Shown: one piece after another, positions 51,310 to 61,071 of the stretch
Layout: every line of letters begins with the position of its first letter
Numbering within the stretch: position 1 is the first letter of the stretch
Virus record (IMG/VR): IMGVR_UViG_3300035520_000885
Coordinates: 50,128-114,127 of that record
Reading direction: 5' to 3' (one strand)
Length of the DNA: 64,000 nt
DNA from: a virus
Lineage: Duplodnaviria > Caudoviricetes
The notes under the pieces: model-generated
The model's database searches: none
What the model saw: the letters and a program-made list of their open reading frames with translations, nothing else
Told to the model about the DNA's origin: nothing
Translations under genes and position numbers: made by a program

Positions 51310-51933
51310 GTGGCTACTGTATCAATTGATTTTTCCGGCTTAGATGATGGAATGAAGAAAACTATCTTGGACAACTATTTTACGAAAATTAATAATACTA
51401 CTGAGAAAGAAGGAAAGATTTGGTCTAAATCCTTTACAAGTGAGCAACTGAATAATCCTGACGCAAATTCTATTAAGATTAAAGTGGAGGTCGATTCTAA
51501 TTCTGGGGAGAATGAGATTCTCTTAGCGGATGCTATTATGGATGCATTACTAGGAAAAGATCCGTCTCATTCTATCTATAGCGTCGACACCGATAGTTCC
51601 GATGAAGTGAAGAGAGACTTTCCCACTACGTTTAATGGAAACTGTGATGCATTCGATTATGCAATGAATCATGGTCTTGTACAGCCTGATAAGTATCACA
51701 GAGTTTTGCAGGATGGTGCTCCTAAAGAAATCATAGGACTTACTCGGAATATGAATCTGAGATTTCCAATTAATCGTGAGAGAGATTTGACTCCTGATGG
51801 GGTTCGGTATGCAATTGCATATGTACCGAGAGGTGCTGCAATTAAAGATATCAGAATTGGGAAGAATAACTATAAGGGCCCGATGTTAATCATTGAGTAC
51901 CAGACAATGGAAGGAGAGTCTACCGATGACTGA
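51310..51933 (+). CDS. Hypothetical protein
   Basis: ORF 51193-51933; likely GTG start after GGGGG. Confidence 0.6.
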   Translation: MATVSIDFSGLDDGMKKTILDNYFTKINNTTEKEGKIWSKSFTSEQLNNPDANSIKIKVEVDSNSGENEILLADAIMDALLGKDPSHSIYSVDTDSSDEVKRDFPTTFNGNCDAFDYAMNHGLVQPDKYHRVLQDGAPKEIIGLTRNMNLRFPINRERDLTPDGVRYAIAYVPRGAAIKDIRIGKNNYKGPMLIIEYQTMEGESTDD

Positions 51934-52480
51934 TAAATATACTCGTTTAATGGTGCCAATGATTTATCCCGTATTGAAAGATTTAGCACCTGGTTCTCTC
52001 GCATTTGCATATGGAGAACTTAATCAAGCGATCGAAAAGTTGATTACGTATCACAAAATGTCTCTAAGCGAAAAATTTTCTGAGAGATTTAGCAGTCTGT
52101 TATATCCTTCGTCTCATGACTCTGTTGGATATTATCCAGAGTTAAAAATCGAGCAATTGCACGATATCGAGCATGGATATATCGTTGATGTAAAGTTTAC
52201 TTCCATTGACCGTGACTGTATTGTATTTTCTGTCCTGTATGAAAATGGAGAGAAGTCTGACGAATTATCCAGAAGTGTAGACCCTTGGAAGTATGTTGCA
52301 GTTCCGAAGTTGACTAAGGGTAGGAAATATATCGGAACGATTACTCTGTATGACGAGAGCTCCTATAAGGATAAATACAGAGAATATCTTGGGAATACTT
52401 TCAATCTTCTTCAGCTTCCCCAGTTGAGTAAATTCCTTACTGGTAAAGACGTGTTGCTCGATGAATCCCATCCTCTATGA
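51926..52480 (+). CDS. Hypothetical protein
   Basis: SD AAGGAG before MTDKY. Confidence 0.6.
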   Translation: MTDKYTRLMVPMIYPVLKDLAPGSLAFAYGELNQAIEKLITYHKMSLSEKFSERFSSLLYPSSHDSVGYYPELKIEQLHDIEHGYIVDVKFTSIDRDCIVFSVLYENGEKSDELSRSVDPWKYVAVPKLTKGRKYIGTITLYDESSYKDKYREYLGNTFNLLQLPQLSKFLTGKDVLLDESHPL

Positions 52481-52564
52481 GAGATATTTTTTCCATCTCA
52501 AAAGGTTATATACTATATTTGTAGGTAAACACCTATATTTATCTACAAAAGGAGGCATATTTAT

Positions 52565-52744
52565 ATGCATAATAAGAATGACCTGATGCGCATTATGCAC
52601 GAGTCCGTACGTAGTGCTCTTGAGAACGAGGAGTTCCAGGATGCCATGGTGGTTAAAGCACTGCTGCGGAACGGTGCCGATGTGGAAGATGTCAAGAGTC
52701 TCGGATATGACGACGAAGACATCGACGCAGCCAATAGCATTTAA
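52565..52744 (+). CDS. Small acidic protein (59 aa), not in the ORF track
   Basis: SD AAGGAGG; MHNKNDLMRIMHESVRSALENEEF...AANSI*; early-type motif at ~52507-52517. Confidence 0.7.
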   Translation: MHNKNDLMRIMHESVRSALENEEFQDAMVVKALLRNGADVEDVKSLGYDDEDIDAANSI

Positions 52745-52770
52745 CCCAGAATGATTAACATGGAGGTATA

Positions 52771-53490
52771 GTGACAATGGCAAGTAAGAAAGATACTGAG
52801 ACTAAGGCCACCGAGAATACGGCCGAGCCCTTAACTCCTAAGGAGTATTTTGATCTCCTGAAGGGAAAAAGAGAAAAGATTGACTCTGGTGAGATTCAGT
52901 CTCTTCTCGACAACGCCATCAAGATGATGAACCGCTATCGGATTACCGGTCAGAAGGCTGGTGCTGTGAAGCTCTACAATTTCGCATGTTTGTGTGAGAA
53001 AGAGCTTGGTGTCGTGAAAGCTGGTATCACTACCTATGTGAATCGGGTGGATATCGACGAGTATATCACAAAGATTGCTGATAAGGCAGTCTGTATCATC
53101 GAGCTCGAGAACTTTGAGCGTGATTTGCCCGACAGCATTATCGACAAAGTGGCTCAGCTCAAAGCAGATAACATCTTTGATGAGTACTATGTTGTCTTCT
53201 CTGACTACACCGGCAAAGAGCGTAAGAAGGTGGAGCAGAAGCGCAGAGACAAAGACCCCATTCTGTTTGGAGCTCTGAAGATTGGAGAGCAACTCAACAG
53301 CCGGCTGTATTACATTGATAGCTGGACTGACGAGTTCTGCGACCTGACTCTGGATAAACTGGTATCCCAGTTCAAGGCCGATAAGAACTACGGCGAGACT
53401 CCGGTTAAATCAATCCGTGAGACATGGAAAACGGAGGATGAATTCAAGAAAGCATATGATACCTACAAGAAGGGCGACGGTAAGAAGTAA
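52771..53490 (+). CDS. Hypothetical protein
   Basis: SD GGAGG, biased codon use, DKDPILFG motif. Confidence 0.7.
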   Translation: MTMASKKDTETKATENTAEPLTPKEYFDLLKGKREKIDSGEIQSLLDNAIKMMNRYRITGQKAGAVKLYNFACLCEKELGVVKAGITTYVNRVDIDEYITKIADKAVCIIELENFERDLPDSIIDKVAQLKADNIFDEYYVVFSDYTGKERKKVEQKRRDKDPILFGALKIGEQLNSRLYYIDSWTDEFCDLTLDKLVSQFKADKNYGETPVKSIRETWKTEDEFKKAYDTYKKGDGKK

Positions 53491-54800
53491 TGGAAAAGAT
53501 CAGTGCCGGTATACCATCTGACATTGATCTCACCGATAGACGAGTTTTCCAGGATGGTGCGAGGGATGTATTTGGATACATCCCTCACCATCCCGGAGAG
53601 CTCCCGTGGGATTCAGATGGTAAAATAACCATCTCTCCTGAAAAACGGAGAGCTATTGCAGAGCGTCCATATACCCAGGAAGAATTTGATTTTTTCATGA
53701 ATATGGAGATAGACTTGATCGATGATGATAGAGATCTCCTTTCTCAATATCAAGAGATGGAGATTCTTTATCAGTACCAACGAAGTAGTGGTACCAATAA
53801 AGATGTCATGACTTTCAAGGTACAAATCGACAATACGATTTCCGACCTCATGGAAAAAATGAAGGACGCTCTGACAGAAGATGATTTCATGGAGTTTCTT
53901 GAGCAAGTCACGAATCTAGGGATGTCTGCAGAAGTTAAGGGTGGAAACATCATTACATCATATCCGAAATCTGTCGAGTACAAAGTCAGATCCATGTATA
54001 AGTACTATATGACTCAGTCACTTGGATGGGAGTCCAGGGATAATAATAGTTGGCAACTATATGATTCATCAACTGGCCTAGACATCCAGTACAATGTAAG
54101 TGAGACTGATGAGAAATCTAAGCTAACACCACGGTTCCTTAGAGATGTGAAGCTCACTAAAAAGGAACTAAATGGGTTCCTCCCTACAGGTACAGGAGAA
54201 GAAGTATATTTGAAAACTTTAAAGCTTCATCTCTTAAAACGAGTAAAAGAATTCCTTGGCACAGAACAGATTTCCAGGTATATCTATGATGTACGCACTT
54301 GTTCTGAAAGTAAAAGAACTTGGATTCCTCTTATAGAATCCGAGAGATACAATCTGCTTTGCCCAGAGAAGAAGCTAGAAGAATACTTCTCATTATCTCT
54401 CCCTGAATACAATAGGGCAAGTGCTATCCGTGGAAACTTCCGTAGCTTCACTGAACCACAATTTAAAGATTGTGCTGGACGGAATCAGATTGAACTGAAT
54501 TATCCTCAATCGGATTGGTACTATGCGAGAGATGACAAAGCAATCGACTACTTCTTCCAACCGGTTCCTCAAGACCGAGGTGTAAACCTCATGAGAATAC
54601 CAAGAGGAAGCCACGAGCTAAGAGTTGCAATTGGATCTCAGGTATTGGACGATGATGATAGCGATGAACGTAGACAGAATCTCTATGACTCTAGATTGAC
54701 ATATGAGAAATATGGAATCACTGTAGGAGTATCCATGCTTGGAGTAAGGAGCGAACTTTATAGGCTCAGTAGTAGAGACAGACGCTCGAGACGGGCGTAA
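53490..54800 (+). CDS. Hypothetical protein
   Basis: 436 aa, TAATG coupling to the upstream gene. Confidence 0.65.
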   Translation: MEKISAGIPSDIDLTDRRVFQDGARDVFGYIPHHPGELPWDSDGKITISPEKRRAIAERPYTQEEFDFFMNMEIDLIDDDRDLLSQYQEMEILYQYQRSSGTNKDVMTFKVQIDNTISDLMEKMKDALTEDDFMEFLEQVTNLGMSAEVKGGNIITSYPKSVEYKVRSMYKYYMTQSLGWESRDNNSWQLYDSSTGLDIQYNVSETDEKSKLTPRFLRDVKLTKKELNGFLPTGTGEEVYLKTLKLHLLKRVKEFLGTEQISRYIYDVRTCSESKRTWIPLIESERYNLLCPEKKLEEYFSLSLPEYNRASAIRGNFRSFTEPQFKDCAGRNQIELNYPQSDWYYARDDKAIDYFFQPVPQDRGVNLMRIPRGSHELRVAIGSQVLDDDDSDERRQNLYDSRLTYEKYGITVGVSMLGVRSELYRLSSRDRRSRRA

Positions 54801-54840
54801 AAAGAAGACAGGGAAATTTCCCTGTCTTCTTTTTTTGTAA

Positions 54841-55977
54841 TCATTTAGAAAGATTCGGATTTTGCACTTCCTCAGCACCCAGACTGATCAGGTATTTTCT
54901 GATGTTGCGTCTAATGCCGGGCCCTCTCTCAAAATTTAAAATTCTTGCCCATTCTGTCGCATAATGAATTTCTCCATTAAGCTTAAAATACACATTATTA
55001 TGTCTGTTTCCACCCTGCTCTGCTAGAGGAATCCATTTACAATTCTCCGGACAATAATCTTTATCATAATTTATTCTCTCGATTGAAAGACCTGGTTCAT
55101 AACCATTTTTGATGGCCCACCTGATAAAATCTTCTGCATTATAAACCCAAGCATCACATACACGAATTCCTCGTCCTCCATAGTATGAATACTTATCAAC
55201 AGTCGGTTTATAACATCGCTCAATCATATTTCTGCGAATAATAATTAACTTGTCGTAGATTAGCTTAAAATTTTCCATATCTTTGAATTCATCTAACCCA
55301 CAACCACAGCTAGTGATTGTATGACTGAGGAGATGCCGTTCTTTTACAACCGACTTATTCCCACAATCACACTCACAATTCCAGTAGTAATCCATTTTAC
55401 TCCAAGTCATTTTGGCACAGAGATACGATTTTACAGTAAGCTTCCCAACTTTTCTATTCGGAAGAGTATCCTTATTCGGGCTAACCAACTCATCTACTAA
55501 AATCACAGTGCATGTTTCTGGAGAATATTCCATAGCACCTTTTTCAAGATTTATATAAAATGCTCCACCATTTGTATGTGAAATCAACCATTTATAAAAT
55601 TCTGGAAAATTATCTTTCCATTCCTCACAAATTGTGACCCCACGACCACCGACGTGGTTATATGACTTATTTTTTGGATTATGGCACTTCTGTCTCATAT
55701 CTAGCCATGCTTGATGCTCCTTCGTCCCAGCCATTCCATGGACTTTCTGGTTCTCACCCTTCTTGCATCCGCAATGTAAAGTGTGGCCTAACATAAGTTG
55801 GCCGGTAGAAGCAGAACGATACCCTCCACACGCATGGCACTTACATTTCCAATATATTTGTCCATGATACACACCCTCATCTTTTTTCTTCTGTATCATT
55901 TCGTCGTCTCTATCAAGTACTTCCAATTCGCCAAACCATTTCCCTTTTAAATTATACTTGTCAGATCGTTCACTCAT
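54841..55977 (-). CDS. Free-standing HNH-type homing endonuclease with duplicated module
   Basis: Two copies of G.L.V...W.C.C..G...(H/S)CGC followed by GGRG(V/I).(I/V)C..W; SIERINYDKDYCPENCKW. Confidence 0.75.
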   Translation of the reverse strand: MSERSDKYNLKGKWFGELEVLDRDDEMIQKKKDEGVYHGQIYWKCKCHACGGYRSASTGQLMLGHTLHCGCKKGENQKVHGMAGTKEHQAWLDMRQKCHNPKNKSYNHVGGRGVTICEEWKDNFPEFYKWLISHTNGGAFYINLEKGAMEYSPETCTVILVDELVSPNKDTLPNRKVGKLTVKSYLCAKMTWSKMDYYWNCECDCGNKSVVKERHLLSHTITSCGCGLDEFKDMENFKLIYDKLIIIRRNMIERCYKPTVDKYSYYGGRGIRVCDAWVYNAEDFIRWAIKNGYEPGLSIERINYDKDYCPENCKWIPLAEQGGNRHNNVYFKLNGEIHYATEWARILNFERGPGIRRNIRKYLISLGAEEVQNPNLSK

Positions 55978-56053
55978 ATTGCGTTTATTTCCTTTCTCAC
56001 AATATATAAAAATGGGTGTCTACATAATATTATGTAGACACCCAACTTAAATC

Positions 56054-59000
56054 TTATGAACGATAGATATCCTCAAGCTTTCTCTTCAATTCAACAATTA
56101 CTTTATTTCCAAGAACAGTAAGCATGATAGAGGGAACCTGGCGTTTAAGAATTGCACTCGGACTAATGATGGAAGAAATTTCCTCATTTGGTCTGAATTC
56201 AGAGTACGGTTCGTATCCTTCTGGAATTACTTCGCCAATGATACTCTTTAACGCAGTAAAATACGCAAGTTTATCACCGACACCCATGATATCGCCATGC
56301 TCAATGTAGAACTCGATAAGAACAGAGTCTTCGACCTTTTGCCCCTTGATGACACCATAGATATTTGGCTCAACTTTCCCAGTCGTCTCATTCAAGAGCA
56401 ACCCACACTTTACGATAGATTTGCTCTTATCGTACTTTGAAACGAAGTTATTCTTGTTGTTGACTCTGGCGTAGTAACTCTTCACAATCTTCTGAAGAGA
56501 TGGAGACAGTTCTCCTGTATCTACAGTGGAATAGATCTTAATATCTACAATATGCCCAGCATATTTAGATTTTACACTATTCATGCTAGTTTCCTCAAGT
56601 GTCTGTTTATTTTCGTCAGACAAATGAGCGAGTAATTTATTAAGATCCGTGTCATCGAAAGACGTGTCAAAGTCAATCAGCGAGTCTCCGATATTCACGG
56701 AATCTCCGACTTTTTTGATATTGTAGACATTCGAGTTTTTCCCAATGACTACGGACTTACAGAATGTCATATTAGCTGTCGCGTCCTTTGACAACTTATA
56801 TGTCACAGCAGTGGAGTCATTGTATGTGTCATACGAAGAAGCAATACATACTTTCTCAAGAACACCAACATTCATTCTAACTCCATTCACAGGGTCGTTT
56901 GTAAAAAAGTCTTTATGGTATGCGATCGGTTCATCTTTTTTGACCTTATCTCCAACTTTAAAGGTCGTCTCAAGTTGGTTATTAAGGAAGAATCCACCCC
57001 CACCATTTTTCACAACTTGAGGAGCAAGATTCACTGCTTGGTGCTTTCCATTCTTGTACTCAATCATCATGATTTTAGATTTGTCATCATAGTCAACAAC
57101 AACTCCATCATCTTCAGCATTGACCACAAAATCTGTGGAAAGATCAAATCTGATAGCCTCGTCAGCGCCGTTAGTAATTAACGCCGGTGAAGAGTTCTGT
57201 ACCGGAATCACATGGCCAGACTGACGTTTTGCCATTGCGGTACGAATGCTATCATCTCGAGTATTTCCAAGAGGATACAACAGCTCCGAAGCAGAGAAGA
57301 GATTCACATCCTTCAGGGATTCTTTGTCGTTCTCCTTAATATCAACATAACCTCTAGCGGTTGTGATATTTGGCTCTAACGTCAGGAATCTGTTAATTCC
57401 ACAATTTCCGTCAGGTGATGTAGACATCGCCTGGACGCCAATCATTGACGCATCATAAGAACGTTTCTCCTCCGTGTATGCTCTCTCCACGTTAATTCCT
57501 CTGAATCCCTTAGATGTAATTGCTCTGTCCTTTTCTAATTCTACTACTGGATTCAGTGTAGAATAATCTTCAACCGTCTGCAATTTAAGTAATTGCTTAA
57601 TAACGGCATCCTTAGGAATAGACAGTTTTTTCTTTCCAGCACTATTCTTGTATTGGATATATGCGGTACTGATTTCATCATAAAGAATGGCTGGAATAAT
57701 CTCTGTGGATCTGACACGAGAGAGCGTCTGACTATTTTCAATAGTATAAGATTCATCCGCAAGTAAACTACTTGCATAAATACAAAGCTCGACCAAATCA
57801 GTCGGAAGATTCGCGTCATTCAGAATCTCTTTTGTGATAGGGTCAATGGAGAAGTCATATGCATTGGATAATGCATTCACAATAGAGACCTTACCATATA
57901 CTTTCTTGAAATACGGTAAGTACGGCTCTGCACTATTATAGTCTTGCATATTGTAGTTCTCAGTATCGAGGACTCGAATTCCGTTCATCAGCAAACTTGT
58001 CGCCAAGTCTTCCTCATATACAAAGTAAGAATCTTTGAATCGAATCACAGATTCATTGGACTTCAAAGAGGATGGATACTTTGTAGAGAATCTATACTTC
58101 AGACCAATCTTTTTGAATACTGTGGAGATTCCTTCCCAGTACATCAGAAGCACAATAAACGGAATAGACTGACTCATGATAGTGACAGTGTCATACATGA
58201 GCTTCTTAGTAGACCGAGTCTTTCCGAAAGACTGCTGCATCTGCTGGGGGAGTTCTGTATAAATCAAATCACAGATACTGAGACCAGAATTCGTAAGCTG
58301 GGTATCTGCATCCAGGAAGATATTTTCTCCATTTACGTATCCAATGAAGATATGATTCTGAGGAATCTCAATATCATGAGCATCTGCGTAATCATTTGCA
58401 TACTTCTGGTTAAAGAAGATAGTGGCTCTCTCAGATTTAAACTGAGTAAGAACTTTTGCAAACTCATCATACTCAATCGTAGTGAGATAAGACTTATTTA
58501 CGGAGCTATTATTGCCCATAGTAAAATACTTGTAGCTCTCATTGGTACTGGCAATCAGTTTTGTCATTCTCTCAACCGCAGAGATAGACTTAGAACCAAT
58601 ACGACGGATAAACATCTTGTTGTAGTTGGTTACGATTTGCACAGTATCAGGGGCAGTTTTCACTACAGGATAAAGGAAGTTCTGTTTGTTGATAATCTTC
58701 TTGTTACCACCGAGATACATGAACTTATTATCCAAGAACTTAGGAATATCCACAGTGATGATGTGCTGTTTCTTCTGCTCATCAACCAGAGTGACTTTCC
58801 AGGTCTCTTTGTAATTCAACTCATTGGAAGTATCTTCAACAGCCACATTCTGAACGTAGAATTTAGAAGACTTCTCATTCAGGCAAGTAAACATATTCAT
58901 GATATCAGAAGGCATCACGTTCTCAATATAGTCTCTATTCATATTGGAGAACTTGACAGTCTTCATATTATCATTGATAGTATGTAGAGACTTGGACACG

Positions 59001-60373
59001 TCTTTCTTAGGAATCTCTTTCTTTGCAGCATTGATAGCAGAGAGTTCCTTAACCGTCATAGTTCCAACTTTCAACTCTTCCTGCTTTTTACGCATAGCCT
59101 CATCTCTAGCGGAACTAACAGGTTTCGTAGGAAGTTTCGTATCCTGCATGACCTGATACATCTTATTGATTAATTCCTTATCGGAATCAATATCCATCTC
59201 GACTTTCGTCTGAATAGCCTGAGTCATCTCAGGGGTCGTAATATCCTTATCAGGAACAATTTCAGACATTTCTTTACGACTCTTCTCGATGGATTCATCA
59301 ATTTTCTTCTCTACTGCTTTCTTAACTTCTTCCTGCTCGGCTTTCTTAACAGCCTCGGTCTTAGGAGGAGTCTTAGTGGTTGCAGTAGACTTTTTCTGCT
59401 GAGTTGTAGTAGATTTTTTTGGCTGAGGCTTTTTCTCCACATCGGTAGATTTAGCAACAGTCTTTTTCTCAGTACTCTTATTCAGAGTCTGGTCAGTAAT
59501 CTCTTCTTGTGCAGAGGTATCACCAGTCATATTGTACTTCTTGGAAAGACTTTCCTTGATAGTCTCCACCTGGTCGACTTTATCAAGTTCGTTCTCATTG
59601 ATTTCAGAGAATTTCGTCTTCTTAGCGAACAGCTTATTCAGCTCACGCTTAAATACGATATGGCTCTTCGCAGTACACTTAGAAGGATTCACCCTCAGTA
59701 CCATATTATTACAAAAAATAAGAAACTCAATGTCGAGGTCTTCGATATACTCGAATTTCTTATACATCGTATAATACAGCATGAAGAGGGGGTTATCAAT
59801 TGCGGTTTTCAGATTATTACTAAACCTATCATACTGGTCAGCATCAATTAAGACAATCTTATTTGGATAATCCTTGGTTAAATCAGAAAACCAAATGCTC
59901 TTAAAGTATACCCAGAAGAGTTGCATCTTCTTTTGGTAGCTATAAGAGGCAGTGAGAGATTTGAAAATCTCAAAATACTTACTCATCTCATAAAAAGTAT
60001 TCCGATTCGGAGTAGCGCTTAGCAAAGAAGGTGGATGAGGTCCAACCTTCGATTCTTTCGCAACTCTTGCGTATACCTCTTTACGAGTTTTCACATTCCG
60101 GATATAATACCGCTTCGCCCCAATCTTTCCCTTATAGTAAAGATTATAGTAGTAATAACGATATTTTCCATCCGGATAACAGTTTTTCGTGTTATTCATA
60201 ATCTTAATGGTGTTGGTCACATTTTCCGTGAAGGGGAAAATGATGTTACCAAAACCAAATCGTCTTGACATATCTGGAGTCGGCTCTTTATATAAAGATG
60301 CTTCATCTTTAGGAAGAGCTATCCGTTTCGGAGTGGCGACCATATACGGGATAACTGCCGGATAAATAGCCAT
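56054..60373 (-). CDS. rpoB: Putative virion RNAP beta (N-terminal and middle) subunit with long N-terminal extension
   Basis: IPKFLDNKFMYLGG, RAITSKG, STSPDGNCG, DDSIRTAM, TYNDS, VGDKLA...LKSII; late promoter 60401-60412. Confidence 0.85.
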   Translation of the reverse strand: MAIYPAVIPYMVATPKRIALPKDEASLYKEPTPDMSRRFGFGNIIFPFTENVTNTIKIMNNTKNCYPDGKYRYYYYNLYYKGKIGAKRYYIRNVKTRKEVYARVAKESKVGPHPPSLLSATPNRNTFYEMSKYFEIFKSLTASYSYQKKMQLFWVYFKSIWFSDLTKDYPNKIVLIDADQYDRFSNNLKTAIDNPLFMLYYTMYKKFEYIEDLDIEFLIFCNNMVLRVNPSKCTAKSHIVFKRELNKLFAKKTKFSEINENELDKVDQVETIKESLSKKYNMTGDTSAQEEITDQTLNKSTEKKTVAKSTDVEKKPQPKKSTTTQQKKSTATTKTPPKTEAVKKAEQEEVKKAVEKKIDESIEKSRKEMSEIVPDKDITTPEMTQAIQTKVEMDIDSDKELINKMYQVMQDTKLPTKPVSSARDEAMRKKQEELKVGTMTVKELSAINAAKKEIPKKDVSKSLHTINDNMKTVKFSNMNRDYIENVMPSDIMNMFTCLNEKSSKFYVQNVAVEDTSNELNYKETWKVTLVDEQKKQHIITVDIPKFLDNKFMYLGGNKKIINKQNFLYPVVKTAPDTVQIVTNYNKMFIRRIGSKSISAVERMTKLIASTNESYKYFTMGNNSSVNKSYLTTIEYDEFAKVLTQFKSERATIFFNQKYANDYADAHDIEIPQNHIFIGYVNGENIFLDADTQLTNSGLSICDLIYTELPQQMQQSFGKTRSTKKLMYDTVTIMSQSIPFIVLLMYWEGISTVFKKIGLKYRFSTKYPSSLKSNESVIRFKDSYFVYEEDLATSLLMNGIRVLDTENYNMQDYNSAEPYLPYFKKVYGKVSIVNALSNAYDFSIDPITKEILNDANLPTDLVELCIYASSLLADESYTIENSQTLSRVRSTEIIPAILYDEISTAYIQYKNSAGKKKLSIPKDAVIKQLLKLQTVEDYSTLNPVVELEKDRAITSKGFRGINVERAYTEEKRSYDASMIGVQAMSTSPDGNCGINRFLTLEPNITTARGYVDIKENDKESLKDVNLFSASELLYPLGNTRDDSIRTAMAKRQSGHVIPVQNSSPALITNGADEAIRFDLSTDFVVNAEDDGVVVDYDDKSKIMMIEYKNGKHQAVNLAPQVVKNGGGGFFLNNQLETTFKVGDKVKKDEPIAYHKDFFTNDPVNGVRMNVGVLEKVCIASSYDTYNDSTAVTYKLSKDATANMTFCKSVVIGKNSNVYNIKKVGDSVNIGDSLIDFDTSFDDTDLNKLLAHLSDENKQTLEETSMNSVKSKYAGHIVDIKIYSTVDTGELSPSLQKIVKSYYARVNNKNNFVSKYDKSKSIVKCGLLLNETTGKVEPNIYGVIKGQKVEDSVLIEFYIEHGDIMGVGDKLAYFTALKSIIGEVIPEGYEPYSEFRPNEEISSIISPSAILKRQVPSIMLTVLGNKVIVELKRKLEDIYRS

Positions 60374-60442
60374 TTCCTTCATCCTCCTTTATGAGTTCAT
60401 TAAAGGAATGTTTTTTGTAGGAAAATATACTGAAAAGGCGGC

Positions 60443-60520
60443 AAAAGAGAAGAGGACAATCCTCTTCTCTTTTTACCATATTTTTTAAGGAGTTAGTCAA
60501 GTTACTACTTTCTACCGTTT
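60443..60520 (-). ncRNA. Candidate anti-SD small RNA 1
   Basis: Promoter AACATAAGAGTA 60520-60531, ACUCCUU, terminator 60443-60473. Confidence 0.5.
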
Positions 60521-60564
60521 ACTCTTATGTTTGGTGATTATGAAAAAATATTCATAATGGGGGA

Positions 60565-60653
60565 AGAAATAGCAAGGAAATAAATCCCTTGCTATCTATC
60601 TTCCAAAGTTATATTTACGGAGGTGTCACATGAAGCCCAAGCAGCTACCGCTT
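60565..60653 (-). ncRNA. Candidate anti-SD small RNA 2
   Basis: Promoter AACAAATAAATA 60653-60664, UUCAU-N5-ACCUCC, terminator 60569-60595. Confidence 0.5.
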
Positions 60654-60677
60654 ATTTATTTGTTGTAAATTGGGGGC

Positions 60678-60790
60678 AAAGAAGCAGAGTCCGAAGAACT
60701 CTGCTTCTTTTATCCACAGGAGGGTTTTTATGAATTTTCAGCTTGTAAACTCGAAAAACTACCACAGAAGATCAATCAACCACTGACCTT
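60678..60790 (-). ncRNA. Candidate anti-SD small RNA 3
   Basis: Promoter AACATATTTTTA 60790-60801, UUCAUAAAAACCCUCCU, C(UUCG)G terminator 60678-60710. Confidence 0.5.
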
Positions 60791-60974
60791 AAAAATATGT
60801 TTTAGAAATTGTAGTGGATAATTTTTTATGAATCTGATCAATCTCATCTTTAGTCAATCTATTGATAGAAAGATAGAGATTATCAATATCAGTCATTGTT
60901 TCGCCACGATTCAATCTAACGATATACGCATTCACGTAAGTTTTCAATTTCATAGCGCTCAGAGTACTTGCCAT
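60789..60974 (-). CDS. Small hypothetical protein
   Basis: SD GGAGG, 61 aa. Confidence 0.65.
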   Translation of the reverse strand: MASTLSAMKLKTYVNAYIVRLNRGETMTDIDNLYLSINRLTKDEIDQIHKKLSTTISKTYF

Positions 60975-61071
60975 AAGGATTCCTCCAATCCAGAAAATTG
61001 CATTTAAAGTAATGTATCAATACAAAAAAAGAAGCTACCGAGAAATTCGGTAGCTTCTTTTTAAATACGTC

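Noticed and set aside
60630-60786. + strand micro-ORFs MKPKQLPLIYLL (60630-60668) and MNFQLVNSKNYHRRSINH (60730-60786) with perfect SDs
   Set aside because: No + strand promoter is evident, the third unit has an SD but no start codon, and the promoters and UUCG terminator point to the minus strand. Kept only as the alternative hypothesis.
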